DNA of 64,000 nucleotides, from contig NC_068985.1 in the NCBI RefSeq assembly GCF_001194135.2, positions 22,111,523 through 22,175,522 on the forward strand, in the 5' to 3' direction. Of this stretch, positions 49,130 through 62,500 are shown piece after piece. Under the pieces are notes generated by a model. The model worked only from the letters and a program-made list of their open reading frames with translations. It was not told the DNA's origin and did not search any database. The DNA is from Octopus bimaculoides. Lineage: Eukaryota. How positions within the stretch are numbered: the first letter of the stretch is position 1; each line of letters starts with the position of its first letter. The position numbers and the translations under genes were made by a program.

Positions 49130-51170
49130 CAGAGAAATGAGAAGGAAGATATGGAAACAATTGAAAGATCCTTCAACTGCACATAAATTCAAAGCAGTAC
49201 AATGTGGAGAAGGAGGAGGAGATACTTACAACATAGAAGATAAACTGAGAGTTCTTACAAGACAATTTACTGCAAACTAGATCTGTGGATAGTGCAAAGT
49301 TCTATCAGAGAGAAGGTGACATTGTGGTGGAATAGTAGAGTCATAAAAGCTCAGAGACAGGCTCATGAAGAATGAGAAAAAAATAGGAAGCAAGAACAAT
49401 ATATCTGGTAACTGGAAGAGAAGCTAAATGTCAGGTACACTTAGAAATGAATCTAAGAGGTTTGCAAGTTTGACATGAACGATGAGAAGCTTGGAGTATT
49501 TCAGATTGCAAAGCAGTGTATTAGTATGAATCAGATGTTGGGGGTGGTACCAAAAAGAACGAATTATGGAAAGGTTATGATACTAAATGAGAAAAATGCT
49601 CAAGAGAGTGAAGGATTAATCAAAAGAAAATATAACAGAGGGATCAGCTATTGAAAGTGACATTGAAATGTTTGAAATAGCCATTAAGGATATGAGAGCA
49701 GAGAAAGCATCTAAACCATTTTGGAAAAATACTGAAAACATCCCACAGAGTAGGGGACACATGAGTCTTGCCTAGTCAATAAGATAGCATAAGAAGTGGT
49801 CATTCCCAATGATTGATGCAGTAGCATTATCAACCATTACAAGGGCAAACAAGATGCTTTATAAAGAAGCAACTACATATGCATTAAACTGATGGAGCAA
49901 GTTATAAAAGAAACAGAAAGAGTTATAGCAAAATAATTAGGAAGAAAATTAGCTTAGTTAAGATGTGGCTTGAGTTCATGCCAAAGTGTGGTACAATTGA
50001 TGTTGTTTTCTTAGTGAAATAAGTACAGAAGTCCTGAACAAAAAGCAAGACATTATTTGTTTTGATAGAGAAAGTCTCTGACAGTGCACTGTGCTCTGAG
50101 ATTGAAAGTGGCTAAGAAAACTAGATGCTTTTGAAAACCAAGCAAACCATCTAATGAACTATTGTCAGCAAGATGCAAGTTAGTAATGAGCAGTTTAGTG
50201 TAAAGACAGGTGTACACCAGGGCTCAGCTCTCAGCCCTTCCTATTTATTGTATGTAGTCCTCCAAGCTATAACAGAGAAAATTTTACTATTAGCTTTCCA
50301 TGGAAATTTCAGCTTAGTTTTCACAACTAAATCTGTGAAAAGATTGAAGAAATTTTGAATATGGAGGCAAGAAGTCTTAAAGTAAACCTAACAAAGTCAA
50401 AGATTTTAGTGATCAAGAAAGAAAGCAGGACTTTATTGCCATCTGGGAAGTGGTCATGCTCAATAAGATAAACAGGGATAAAAGATGCAGCTGTATCACA
50501 AGCAGGCTAACAGATAAAAAGTAATTAGTAATAAAAACACCCATAAAATAAATTCTTTCAAATATTCGGCAGGCACCCTGGAATAGTTAACAGCTTCCGT
50601 TACCTAGGTGTCATAATTAGAAATAAAGGAGAGTGTTCCAAAAGCACAGTAGCCAGAGTAAGAATAAGATAGCAAAAGTTCATGGAGCTGTTATCTCTAC
50701 TGACAACAAATGGATCCTTTTTTTCAAGTGAAAAGCAGATTGTAGGAGGCTTGTGTAGAAAGAGCAATGTTACCTAGCATTGAATAAGAAGGATTTGCAA
50801 AGACTGGAAACAAATAAATAGAGCATGCTTGCTGGATCTACACTGTTGGTGTATATGAATGACAAAGTAGAAACAAGATGAGGGAAAAAATTTAATACAT
50901 GTAAGAGATTCAGATGCAGTGAGCAAGAGAGGAAACTTTGCTAGTACAGACATATGATGCATACTGAGAATGACAGTTGAATAAAGAAGTGCCAAATGAA
51001 CTAAGGAAGTTGCAGAAGAGGAAGACAAAAGAAAACATAAAAAGGAGTGGTGAAAGATGATGACAGGAGGCTGAACCTCATAAAAGATATGACAAAGAAC
51101 CACAAAGAGTGAGGAGACCTATACAACCTATGCAAGCATAAAAAAAGAAACATATAAAATGATGATGAAG
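49130..51170 (+). mobile_element. Degenerate RTE-clade LINE (RT region plus 3' tail)
   Basis: FSVKTGVHQGSALSP RT motif (track ORF 50173..50358). Ends tatgcaagcat..aaatgatgatgaag, the same tail seen in SINE families X and U. Boundaries are approximate. Confidence 0.8.
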
Positions 51171-52117
51171 TGGAGAAAGATATTTCACTTTTAATGCTAT
51201 CTATATTTAAAGCTACTTCAGAGATTGTTGATTTTATTCAATCCTACACACAAGATCGTTTATTTCAATCCAGCATAGAAAAATTTAATGCCAGTAGTCA
51301 TAGTATACAGCAGTGTCTCATTTTTGCATTTACATTTAGAAAAATCAATGACATTTCTTCAATTTGATCAATTACAGAAACATTAATTTCTTTTATGTAA
51401 TTGTTTTAGTTTGTTTATTGATTAATTTTGCACTGAAATAAATTATGAAGCTTCTGAACAACTTCTACTTCAGACATACACAAAGGAACTTTATGAAGAT
51501 GCATTCCTAGCAACAATAAAAAATCCCAGAAAATATGGACATTGATCCTTTGAATGAGGAAAATGCCAAGGACACCAAAGATTGAAAGTGGAGTGGTCAA
51601 CAAAGAGGAAGAGAGATAGATGATACCAGTGGTCATACTAAGACCAACAAAAACCAAAATGATGTGGCTGAATATACAAGTCAGACCAACAAGAGTCACA
51701 TCAATAACAACAACCACAGCAACAGCAACAAGAGCCACAACAACATCAACAAAGAGGTACAACAAACACAAGAACAAAAGATACAGTTACAATAACAGCA
51801 ACAAGAGCAGAAACAACAGCAAAACAAACATGCCCTCTCCCAATTTCTTGTCTCCTGTTTACAAGAGTTATGAAACTAGAAGGGGTCACTTTTGCCTTTG
51901 AAGTGTCAGAGCAATTCAGAAATTCATGATGGTAGGGGGAAGTCACATAAATTATTCTGGGTAGTTTTCCTTTGAATCAGGGACATTTTTCTTGTTGACA
52001 TTTTATTATGTATAGTTTTTACTCAATGTAAACATGTCACTATTTTTGTATTTCACTCTTGCACTACCATCAATATCTTAGGTTCTTGAAGGCAATAAAT
52101 AAACTCATCACCATCAT

Positions 52118-52200
<83 letters not shown>
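52118..52200. repeat. (CTA)n microsatellite, the tail of the adjacent family Z SINE (52200-52380)
   Basis: Read directly from the sequence. Confidence 0.9.
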
Positions 52201-52769
52201 TTAAGGTGGCAAGTTGGCAGAATCATTAGCACACTGAGAAAAATGCCTAGTGGCATTATGTTCTGAGTTCAAATTCTATCCTTTCAGGGTCAAGGAAATA
52301 AGTACCAGCAATGCACTGGGTTGATGTTATCGACTAGTCTCCTCCCCACAAAATGTCAGGCCTTGTGCCTTTAGTAGAAATTTTGCTAAAATGAAGTAGA
52401 TTGAGATGATTATTTTGAACTTGTGGAAGACACACAAAGTGTCGAAACACCCATTTCCAGAAGTGAATTATTCAAACCCCAAAGAATTACTCTCAACACA
52501 TAGCTATGATGCTGCCCCACTACTTCTGCTCATGATCAGAGATGTACAAATCACCAGCCATTAAGGAACATGTTCAACTTATTAAGGTCAAGTAACTGAC
52601 AAGCAAATCTGTGGTATTGAGCAAAATATTTGTCATAGTCCATCTTTTATACCAAGACAAAACATGTACATGAGAACACTTCCAATCAGTTAAGATCAAA
52701 AGCCATGAGAGCCACTGCCTGGTACTGCATCAGGGTATTTATTATTATTATTATTAATATTATTATTTT

Positions 52770-53146
52770 ATTGTTTTTGCACAGCTTCTAACGCTGGCGA
52801 TGTACTACAGTGTCAGTTGTTCACTATCAGTGAACTATGGTCACGTCACACCCCTTATTTTTCGAGCACCATCCGGAGTATTCAAGCGGTTCCAAGCAGT
52901 GCTGTTTTCTGCAAGTGCTCCACCCTTATTGCAGCCCCTATTTGTTCCATGTACTTCTCAAGATTTTTACTCACTGTTCCCAGGGCTCCAACAATTATTG
53001 GTACTACTTACCACCTTTTTCAGCGACCACAACTGCTTAACCTCCCAAGCTAACCTGTCATACCTATCGACTTGTCTTTCTTCCTTATCACATACCTTGT
53101 TGTCAGCTGGGCATGCTATATCTATGATCCAGCATTGTTTGTTTTC
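52770..53146 (-). mobile_element. 5'-truncated R4/Dong-type non-LTR retrotransposon (restriction-like endonuclease C-terminus)
   Basis: ENKQCWIIDIACPADNKVCDKEERQVDRYDRLAWEVKQLWSLKK, then after a frameshift VVPIIVGALGTVSKNLEKYMEQIG..LQKTALLGTA*ILRMVLEK*. Flanked by (TAA)n on both sides. Confidence 0.78.
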
Positions 53147-53185
<39 letters not shown>

Positions 53186-53193
53186 CATTATTA

Positions 53194-53239
<46 letters not shown>

Positions 53240-53247
53240 CATTATTA

Positions 53248-53302
<55 letters not shown>

Positions 53303-53315
53303 CATTATTATTATT
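53147..53315. repeat. Long (ATT)n microsatellite with ATC interruptions
   Basis: Read directly; it is the source of the poly-I and poly-Y track ORFs. Confidence 0.97.
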
Positions 53316-53694
53316 TTATTATCACTTGAAACTTGCTCCAAATATGAGTCTATGTTTGCATGTATTAGGCAAGTCTGTAGTATGACATATCCCCTCTCAT
53401 CTCAGCCATGCTTTATTTTGTTTGAGAGACTCAGTGTCTTGAGATAAGACTTTTTATGTCTTGCTAGGGTTTTCTAGTGACACAAACACCTTTTATTATC
53501 AGTACTCATCATGCATATCAGCACAGCCATCTCTTTCCAGCTTATATCTTTAATTACTAGCGATGTTTTTGCCCTCCACCTATTATACAAGTTTACATTA
53601 CACAGCCATCAGAGTCATTTCCCCAACCTCTACATGTCTGTCATTCTAAGTCAATAAAGCTTTATCCTGTAGCCATGCTCCAGATAGTCTGTCA

Positions 53695-53822
53695 GAGAGA
53701 GGAACAGAGAGACAGAGACAGACAGACAGACAGAAATAGTGAGAGACAGATAGATAGACAGACAAACAGAGAGACTGAGAGAGAGAGAGAGACAGACAAA
53801 CAAAGAGAAAGGGAGAGAGAAA
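53695..53822. repeat. Compound (GACA)/(GA)/(GATA) microsatellite
   Basis: Read directly from the sequence. Confidence 0.9.
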
Positions 53823-54727
53823 GGCAGATGTAGTAATCTTTCTTTATATCTATTACATTATTTTTTACACTAACTCCTATAATTTCACTTATGTAGCACT
53901 AACTAGGTCCTATAGGTAACAGAAATTGTTTACTACATGTTGTGAACCATCTGAACAGCTCATGGATTTACATGTAAATGCTGAAAACTATGATGTAAGT
54001 AAATAAGCAACAATAATAGATGCTGTGCTTTCAGAATAATAGACCTAAATCCTTGATTGGAATCTTTCTTTAAATTATTTGTTTATGTTTTGGAGGTATT
54101 TTCAATACTAATTTATATTTTTCAAAATCCTATTATATGTAGTTTATTCTTAGAAAATTCAATAATTCAAAATCAAATAGTGATAGATTTGTTTGTAGTT
54201 TATGATAGCAATTCAATATCGATCTAGTCCACAATTATCAGCAGAAAGATGCTTTTATCACTTTCAATTGATTAGATCAGAGCAATAAGTTTGAGTCAAA
54301 TTTTTATTTAAATACATTTGTTAGATAATATTGAGTTCTTTCTATTAAAAAAGATAAAAATTTGGACTAAAAAGTTATTTTTATTAAAAAAAAAACACTT
54401 CATTTTCTTCAGTTTACATGCTTGCTGAGATATCATATAGGCAAAAAATAAAAGGTCAGTGTGAAGCAAAATGTAGAATGATATAATGAAGATCAAGGAA
54501 AAGATATTTCCTTTTGTTTTTAACAAACTTTATGCCATATTTTATCTGAAATTTACTAGTATCAAACTGCGTAAACTCTCTGCATGCTTGCTTGATCAAC
54601 TAGAAATGGTAGACAAGTAACCTCTGAATCACACAAGTCAATCTCAAATAAAGATGGGTGAAGCAGGCTACTCACGCTTCAAGAAATAGTAACTAAAATC
54701 ACTCATAAATCATACCCTACTGTTTTT

Positions 54728-54771
<44 letters not shown>

Positions 54772-56919
54772 TTGACCAATGTGGGAACCTCTATACAATC
54801 ACTTAGAGATCAAATCTTCCTCAAATCACACACTACTCTCTAAAAAAAGAAAATAGATTCAACATTGTAGTTTCAAGTCCACTGTATCTAGAAAAAAAAT
54901 ACACAAAAATAAAACAGAATGATTGCAGTGTGGAAGGTGTTTATAAGCCATTTAAAATAACACACAAAAACCGTTAGATTCACTTCAACATTTAAATTTA
55001 ATTTGTCAAAATATTTTCATCGCTTTGAGACCGCGACAAAATTCTGTGCTGCATCTCAACAGAATGATGTCTAGAATACCTCTGATCACAGGACTGGTCT
55101 GGGCTAAAACAACAATAGCTGCTAAACTCTTTCCATTGTAGAACTTTAAAAACATGGAATTTATAAGTGATATGTGAAAAAAATAATAGTTTACTTTATT
55201 ATGATAAAATACTGACTAAACAGATTTTATTTGAAATACTAAAATACTGGTGTCAAATTATATTTTCTATACTTCTACCCTAAGTATGTCTATTCAGTTT
55301 AGTAGTGTAGAAAACATCCCAATTTACAAATTCCTGATAATGCATTCCTAATTCTACCACTAATGCCAGATGAATTCCCAATGGTATGTGAGAATCATGG
55401 CATTTATTTCTAAGCTTGACATATAATACTGCAGCTAATGTTTTATGATAATTCTTTAGAAATTGTGAGTTAGTAGTTGAAACATTTACACCTATAAGTA
55501 CTGAGATAGAGATGTGATTTCAAACTAATTAAATTACAAATAAAATATAAGAAAAATTTAGTAGCAAGCAAACTTTACAGCAACTCAAATTACTGGAAAT
55601 AAAGCCAACTTATTCTTGGTATCATAAATGGGATTATCAAAACATTATACTCTTTTTACAACAGAATTAGAATTTGATTCCAAATATAAATTAACATTAT
55701 TACATATAATTGTAATTCTATAATTGCTCAAATAACAAATGAACAGAATAGTTAGAGAGACTGCTTCATAACATTTTCATTAAAGAACAGATATATAAAA
55801 GATTTTAGTAGGATATTTTCATTTTTTGAAATTTAAACCAAAAGTTAATAAATCATTTAACTTTTTTTCTGAGTATTTGCATCAATTATACATCTAACCT
55901 AGGCATACAAAAAATCTGATAATGAAGGAAACTGTTACTATTATAATAATCAAATTTTTTAACAGAAAACAGTTGATTTCTCACACAACCAACAGTTTCA
56001 TTATTTTTAAAGAAAGTTCTTGTTTAAATTAAAAGCTGAAGTTTTCAACACTAACAATGAACTATCACATCACATAATAATTAAAATAATGCCATATTTG
56101 ATTAAATTTTAATTGCAATCATTCTTATTGCATAACATCTCTAAATTAGCAATCACTAAATACACCAAAATGTATTCTAGATCTTCATAGGAAAAGAAAA
56201 CAAAAATTTGTCTTTGTAGTATAGGATATTAGACATGATACTCAGAGCTGCTTGATGCCAGTTCAAACTGAAAGTATGCACAAATGGATTTATAAATAGA
56301 AATGCATTTAGTAATTATAATTTCTAAAAGGCTTATTAGTAGAATTGAATAAACAAAATTCATGAAGTACAGTGGATGGAATCACTAACAGCTATGAAAA
56401 CTGGGTTACAGGATTGCTGAATACAGAGTGGCAAAAGGGTCTCATATATGTAATATAGTAAGTGGAAAATATTTGAGTGACTAAGATTATCCATGTAATT
56501 AGTAGACAAAAGCACCTCAAATGATATTTAAAATCTAAACACAACAAGCAAGGGAGACAGCTTCTATAAGATTGTTGGAAAATAAAGATGACTCTAGTTT
56601 TGTCTAATCAATGACTACTCAACCTCTCAAGGTTGCTACCACAAAAAATGCATCCAATATACCTCTGTATAGATGTTGACATAAGGAAGGGCATCCATCC
56701 ATAGAAACCAAGCTAAAATGAGCATATGAGCACCTAAGCTGAAGGAGCTGTTGCTCCCAATGGCAGGAAACTGGGACAGTGACAACCTGTCCAACTAATG
56801 CCAGCATGGAAAGCAAATGTATATGATGATGAGAATGGATCTTGCCTTTGAAGCCAACTGTTGATATTGTTTACAATCTTTCACTTGATTGTTATGAGCA
56901 TTCCATTATTTACTCTGTC

Positions 56920-57130
56920 CTTTTAGCAATAAGCAACTCAATGGTGACCTCCCAGTTGACCAAGAAAATAGCAAGAAGACAGCTGCAGCTTGCCATGTAC
57001 TGTTGGAGACACCTAGAGCTGTAGTCAGCTAAGTCATCTAGGAAGCATTACATAGAACTGAAGTAATCCTTCCCAAACTGATCTAAATAATCCATGGAAG
57101 ACAGTAGTATGTGGCTGCTACATAAACATC
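56920..57130 (+). mobile_element. RTE-type LINE C-terminal fragment
   Basis: SNKQLNGDLP then, after a frameshift, LTKKIARRQLQLAMYCWRHLEL, resembling the post-RT LYGDLP..I..RRL.LAGHC.RH motif. Confidence 0.55.
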
Positions 57131-57639
57131 AGGTTATGTAGCATGTCTGTCATTCTGTTCAACATAAGTGCAAGAGCTGATATACAATGATTTGGTTATG
57201 ATTTCAACAAGATATATAAAGTCCAGTTGACCTAATACTGGATATCAGAAAGGTCAAGAAGAATGAGAGATCAATCCAGTTGTTGTAAAGTTTGCTATTT
57301 TCTACAAACTGATAGTTTGATGAAGGGTCTTATGGTTCTGAAATTGAATTTCCTTAAAAACGAACCAAAAATATTTGATAATTTGTGAAATACATCATGT
57401 GATTATGCCAAAACATCAACCTTTGTTAATAGCTGAACTACTGAAAATAACAAATTATTAAAACATTTTCAATGTTTAACGAGGCATCTCTAATCTATTG
57501 TGGCTATATTTTGATATCATTACATAAACAATGGGAAAGCCAAAAGACAATAATTTGTTTTCCTCTCACCACTTTCATCACTGATCATTTTCATTCTTTC
57601 CCTTTTAATTTGTTGATGTTTCAAATTCATACATATACT

Positions 57640-58074
57640 TATATATACATACAGTCATATATATATACATACATACATACATACATACATACATACATAC
57701 ACACATGCATGCATGCACANNNNNNNNNNNNNNNNNNNNNNNNNNNNNNNNNNNNNNNNNNNNNNNNNNNNNNNNNNNNNNNNNNNNNNNNNNNNNNNNN
57801 NNNNNNNNNNNNNNNNNNNNNNNNNNNNNNNNNNNNNNNNNNNNNNNNNNNNNNNNNNNNNNNNNNNNNNNNNNNNNNNNNNNNNNNNNNNNNNNNNNNN
57901 NNNNNNNNNNNNNNNNNNNNNNNNNNNNNNNNNNNNNNNNNNNNNNNNNNNNNNNNNNNNNNNNNNNNNNNNNNNNNNNNNNNNNNNNNNNNNNNNNNNN
58001 NNNNNNNNNNNNNNNNNNNNNNNNNNNNNNNNNNNNNNNNNNNNNNNNNNNNNNNNNNNNNNNNNNNNNNNNNN

Positions 58075-58114
<40 letters not shown>

Positions 58115-58232
58115 CACAAACATACATACATGCATGTGCATGCATACATACATACATACATACATACATACATACATACACACATGCATGCATGCACACA
58201 CATGCACACACACACACATACATACATACATA
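57640..58232. repeat. (ATAC)/(TA)/(ATGC) microsatellite block containing an assembly gap (N 57720-58074)
   Basis: Read directly from the sequence. Confidence 0.95.
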
Positions 58233-58910
58233 TTGTTACAAAAACATTAAAAAAAACTTCAATGAAATGCTATAAATGGTGGTTAACTTGCTCTGAAGCT
58301 ATAAAGAACTATGAATTAGGCCATCAAAATTATCTTACAAAAAACTGAGAGCAAAGACAAAGTCTCAAACTAATATGGCAGCCACTTTGTTTAGTAATCA
58401 CTTTATATGTCCATGCATGTCTTTGTGTCTGTGTTTAACCCACCACCACTGCTTGACAACCGGTGTTGGTGTGTTTATGTCCCCATAGATTAGTGGTTTG
58501 GCAGAAGTGGCAAATAGAATAAGTACCATGTTTTATAAAAAGTCCTGGGGTCAATTTGTTCAACTAAAAATCTTTCAAGTCAATGCCCCGGCATGGCCAC
58601 AGTCAAGAATGACTAAAACAAACAAAAGATAAAAAATAAATAAAAGATATTAAATCCTCATACATTGAAATTGATGAGAGAATCCCACTATTATTATATT
58701 TTTTTCTTTAAATTTTCTTCCATTTCTCACCGAGTGTTTTCCGTACACCTAGGGCAGAGAAGCTCATTGTACGCATTCCCAGTTTGCACACGCAAATTCA
58801 CAGGTAAAATATGTATTTGGAAAAATTAATTAATAAATAAATTCATGAAAGGATGTTGTTTTCACAGCGATAATGCTCTTCTCAGTACATGAGTCGCTTT
58901 TAAAAATTTT

Positions 58911-58924
58911 TTATTATTATTATT

Positions 58925-59022
<98 letters not shown>

Positions 59023-59240
59023 GGCAGCAAGCTGGCAGAATCATTAGCATACTGGGATAAATGCTTAATAGCATTTCCTCTGTCTGCACATTCTGAGTTC
59101 AAATTCTGCTGAGGTCGACTTTGCCTTTCATCCTTTCGGGGCTGATAGAATAAGTACCAGTTGAGTACTGGAGTTGATGTAAACAACTAGCTCTTATCCC
59201 CGAAGTTTCAGGCCTTGTGCCTTTAGTAGAAAGGATTATT
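58911..59240 (+). mobile_element. (ATT/ATC)n microsatellite followed by a family Z tRNA-derived SINE
   Basis: aaggcagcaagctggcagaatcattagc..ttctgagttcaaattctgctgaggtcgactttgcc. Confidence 0.8.
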
Positions 59241-59284
59241 ATTATTATTAGTAGTAGTAGTAGTAGTAGTACACACACATGCAT

Positions 59285-60090
59285 CAACATCATTATTATT
59301 ATTTTACATATGTTTCCAATTTAGGACAGTTTGACAGGATTTAACAGGTTGGCAAATCACACCTTGCTTTAATGTCTCTTTTGTCATGGTTTCTATGACT
59401 GGATGTCCTTACTAACATCAAACACTTTACAGAGTGTACTTTTTTAGGCACCAGTACTGTTGGAGGTTGCCGTGCAGCTTGCTAAGTAAAACAGAGCCTC
59501 CATGATGGATTTATTGTGGAAGTATGGTTAATGAAGAAAATAACAGAGAGAACAGTGTTGGACTGGAGTAACAGAGCTAAGGGGAAGGGGAAGAGTAATG
59601 TTATGAATTGGTGTGGAGAAGAGTAAGGAGGACAAAGTGATAATAGGGTGGGATGTGTAGGTGGACCAAATGATAGAATGGACCAGTCCATGTGCCATAC
59701 TTGCAGAGGTTGGACAGTTTGTTGTGGTCCAAGACAGTTCTGACTGGAGTTATACTGGCTTATTATTGAAAGAGAGTGGCAAAGGAGAGACTAACAGAGA
59801 CAGTGTTAAAGAAGGGAATAATAGGTGGGAAAGTGAAAAGTAGTGCCAGGGGAGTAGGTGAGAGAAAATTAGGAGATAACAGGATGGTGGGGAGTAGGAG
59901 ATGAGTGCTACCCCATGTTATACATGGGTGGATAAAGTGGTGCATGAAAGAAAGATAAGATGGATATGGGAAATAGGAGGGAAAATGGAAAGTAGTATCA
60001 AGGTATTAGTGAGAGAACATAACAATGATAAGGATGATGTGTACGGGTTGAAGATACTTCAACTGATATTATTAATCAGGTTTTGAAAAT
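59285..60090 (-). mobile_element. Purine-skewed RTE-tailed element, same architecture as 7590-8800
   Basis: RTE-type tail at the left and a G/A-rich body on the plus strand. Confidence 0.55.
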
Positions 60091-60309
60091 TTGTAGGTTG
60101 ACAGCATGTATCTATGCTAATGTATGCAAGTTTTTCACTGGGTTTGCTATAAGATTTTTATTTGCCTGTAGTTAAATTGAGGATAAAACATCAATGATAT
60201 TTATGATATTACGATACATGGTAGTAGTTATTTTTAGGCCAGAAGTTTTGATGGCACTAATAAGGTCTTTTTGAAAAGTAACACACACACACACATATAT
60301 ATATGTGTT

Positions 60310-60524
60310 AGTTGCCAGTACCATGTGACTGGCCCTCGTGCCGGTGGCACGTAAAAGCACCCACTACACTCTTGGAGTGGTTGGCATTAGGACGGGCATC
60401 CAGCTGTAGAAACTCTGCCAGATCAGATTGGAGCCTGGTGTAGCCATCTGGTTCACCAGTCCTCAGTCAAATCATCTAACCCATGCTAGCATGGAAAACA
60501 GACATTAAACGATGATGATGATGA
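60310..60524 (+). mobile_element. Family X copy, short, 1 unit
   Basis: Reverse complement of 4078-4300; ends ttaaacgatgatgatgatgatg. Confidence 0.85.
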
Positions 60525-61039
60525 TGTGTGTATTGGAATGTTGGAATATAGCTAACCAATCAGTACTATACAAGCCAGTATCATGGTAGGGTTCTCACTG
60601 ATTGTGTCTAGGATATGTAAGCTGTCAACATCATATATCTCTATTTCTGCAGTGTATAATCTGCAGTGTATAATTTCTGCTGTACCACATATCAACAATG
60701 AGTATGGTCTTTTGTCATCTCTTCTGTGAGCTGCAGTATCTTCAAATCAGTTTCATAACTGTTCACTATTTTGTCCCAAGTTTTTCAAGGTCCCTTCTTC
60801 CAAAGCTTCTCCTTACTTTCAGCACTCCATACTTCTTTGTACAACACACACAGACCATTGGGAATTCATCTGGCATTAGTGGTAGAATTAAGAATGTATT
60901 ATCAGGATTTGTAAATTGGGATGTTTTCTATACTGCTAAACTGAACAGACATACTTAGTACAGAAGTATAGAAAATATAATTTGATACCAGTATTTTAGT
61001 TTTTCAAATAAAATCTGTTGGTATTTTATCTGTTCCCAC

Positions 61040-61970
61040 TTTATTTCCCACTGATCACCCCTTCCTGTGCCTCCAAGTATCTCTCCTTCTCTGAGCTACA
61101 TTTTAGGTTTGCAATACCTCATCTCTAATACTCTCTCATCTCTGCTATCATTCTCAACACCTTCTAATATTTGCTGTTGATGCTCCATCCCACCTNNNNN
61201 NNNNNCCGCCACTCCTGCACATCTCCAATAGCCATCTCTCCCTCTTCCCAGCCCTCCCACTCTGTACATCATCTCCCCATTTTCTGATCTATCTACAGGT
61301 TTATTATACTGCCACTCCCCACCTTTTTCTGTACTACCACTTATCACCTCCCCCTCGAGCCAATGCTATTTCTTTCACCTTGTTGCCCACACTGCTATTT
61401 ACCATTGACCACACTTTTGTTCATTATTCACCACATACGCCTCTACTCACTCTTTAACCATCTATCACTCTTCTTTCACACTTGTGTGAACTTACCCACC
61501 CACCCTTCCTGATCCACTGTCTCTAGTCTCTTTTATACTCGCTTTCTTGTACCTTGAGATTATTCTCTGATACCTTGTCATCATCTGCTTTATCTTCTTT
61601 CCAGTAACTCCCTTATATTATGTGGAGTAGCTATGTATCTCCTCTGTACCTGTGCCTGTCCTTCCATCATACCTTAGCCTCTCAAAACCTAGCATGACAC
61701 CGCCTCCCTCTCAGCTACAACTCCACTCAGTCAACAAGGTTTTTTTTTTTTTTATCTTGTGAGTTACTTGGTTACCTCATTAGTGTTGTCATGCAAAAAG
61801 CACCCAGTACATTCTGTAAAGTGCTTGGCATTGAAAAGACTAGCTGCAGTAGAAACCATGCCGAAACAGACACTAGAGTTTGACACAGCCCTCCAACTTG
61901 TTAGATCCTGTCAAACCATCCAACCCATACCACCATAGAAGACATATGTTAAATGATGATGATGATGAGA
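61040..61970 (+). mobile_element. Pyrimidine-rich RTE-tailed element
   Basis: Reverse-complement homologue of 7590-8800; ends gttaaatgatgatgatgatg. Confidence 0.65.
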
Positions 61971-62271
61971 TAAATGTATGTGTGTGTGTGTGTAAGAGAG
62001 AGAGTGAGGGAGAGAGATCATTTTAAAGTCCACTTTTCCATGTTTGCATGGTGCAGATGAAGTTCATTGAATCACATTTTCTACAACTGGATGTTCTTCC
62101 TGTCGCCAACCTTCACCTGTTTTCACACAAGACAATATTTCCCTGTGGCTGGACATGTTTTCACAAAAGGTTCAAAAAGAATGAGTCTTCTTGTATGATG
62201 GTGACACTCATTTGCAACTATTTCACAATATTGAGGGAACGCACATGCATATTCATCATACATGTTTCTTT

Positions 62272-62500
62272 TAGTTTCTTATTTCTTTGCTGCCCACAAG
62301 GGGCTAAACATAGAGGGGACAAACGAGGGATTAAGTCGATTACATTGACCCCAGTGCATAACTGGTACTTAATTTATCGACCCCGAAAGGATGAAAGGCA
62401 AAGTCGACCTCGGCGGAATTTGAACTCAGAACATAGCGGCAGATGAAATACTGCTAAGCATTTCGCTCGGTGTGCTAACGTTTCCGCCAGCTCACCGCCT
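62272..62500 (-). mobile_element. Young, full-length-looking family Z tRNA-derived SINE
   Basis: (rc) ggcggtgagctggcggaaacgttagcac..gagttcaaattccgccgaggtcgac with A- and B-box-like motifs and intact CpGs. Older copies lie near 890-1090, 6635-6780, 12910-13050, 27960-28080, 48230-48430 and 52200-52380. Confidence 0.85.

Noticed and set aside
52800-53447. 215-aa ORF with a poly-I tract
   Set aside because: It is the antisense of the R4/Dong fragment read through the (ATT)n microsatellite.
54413-54454. Isolated plus-strand exon candidate (YMLAEISYRQKIK) with good splice sites
   Set aside because: I could not chain it to any other exon.
57472-58348. 180-267 aa ORFs
   Set aside because: They span an N gap and microsatellites.
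62272-62500. Possible tRNA gene
   Set aside because: A/B-box-like motifs are present, but there is no cloverleaf acceptor stem and it is a multi-copy SINE head.
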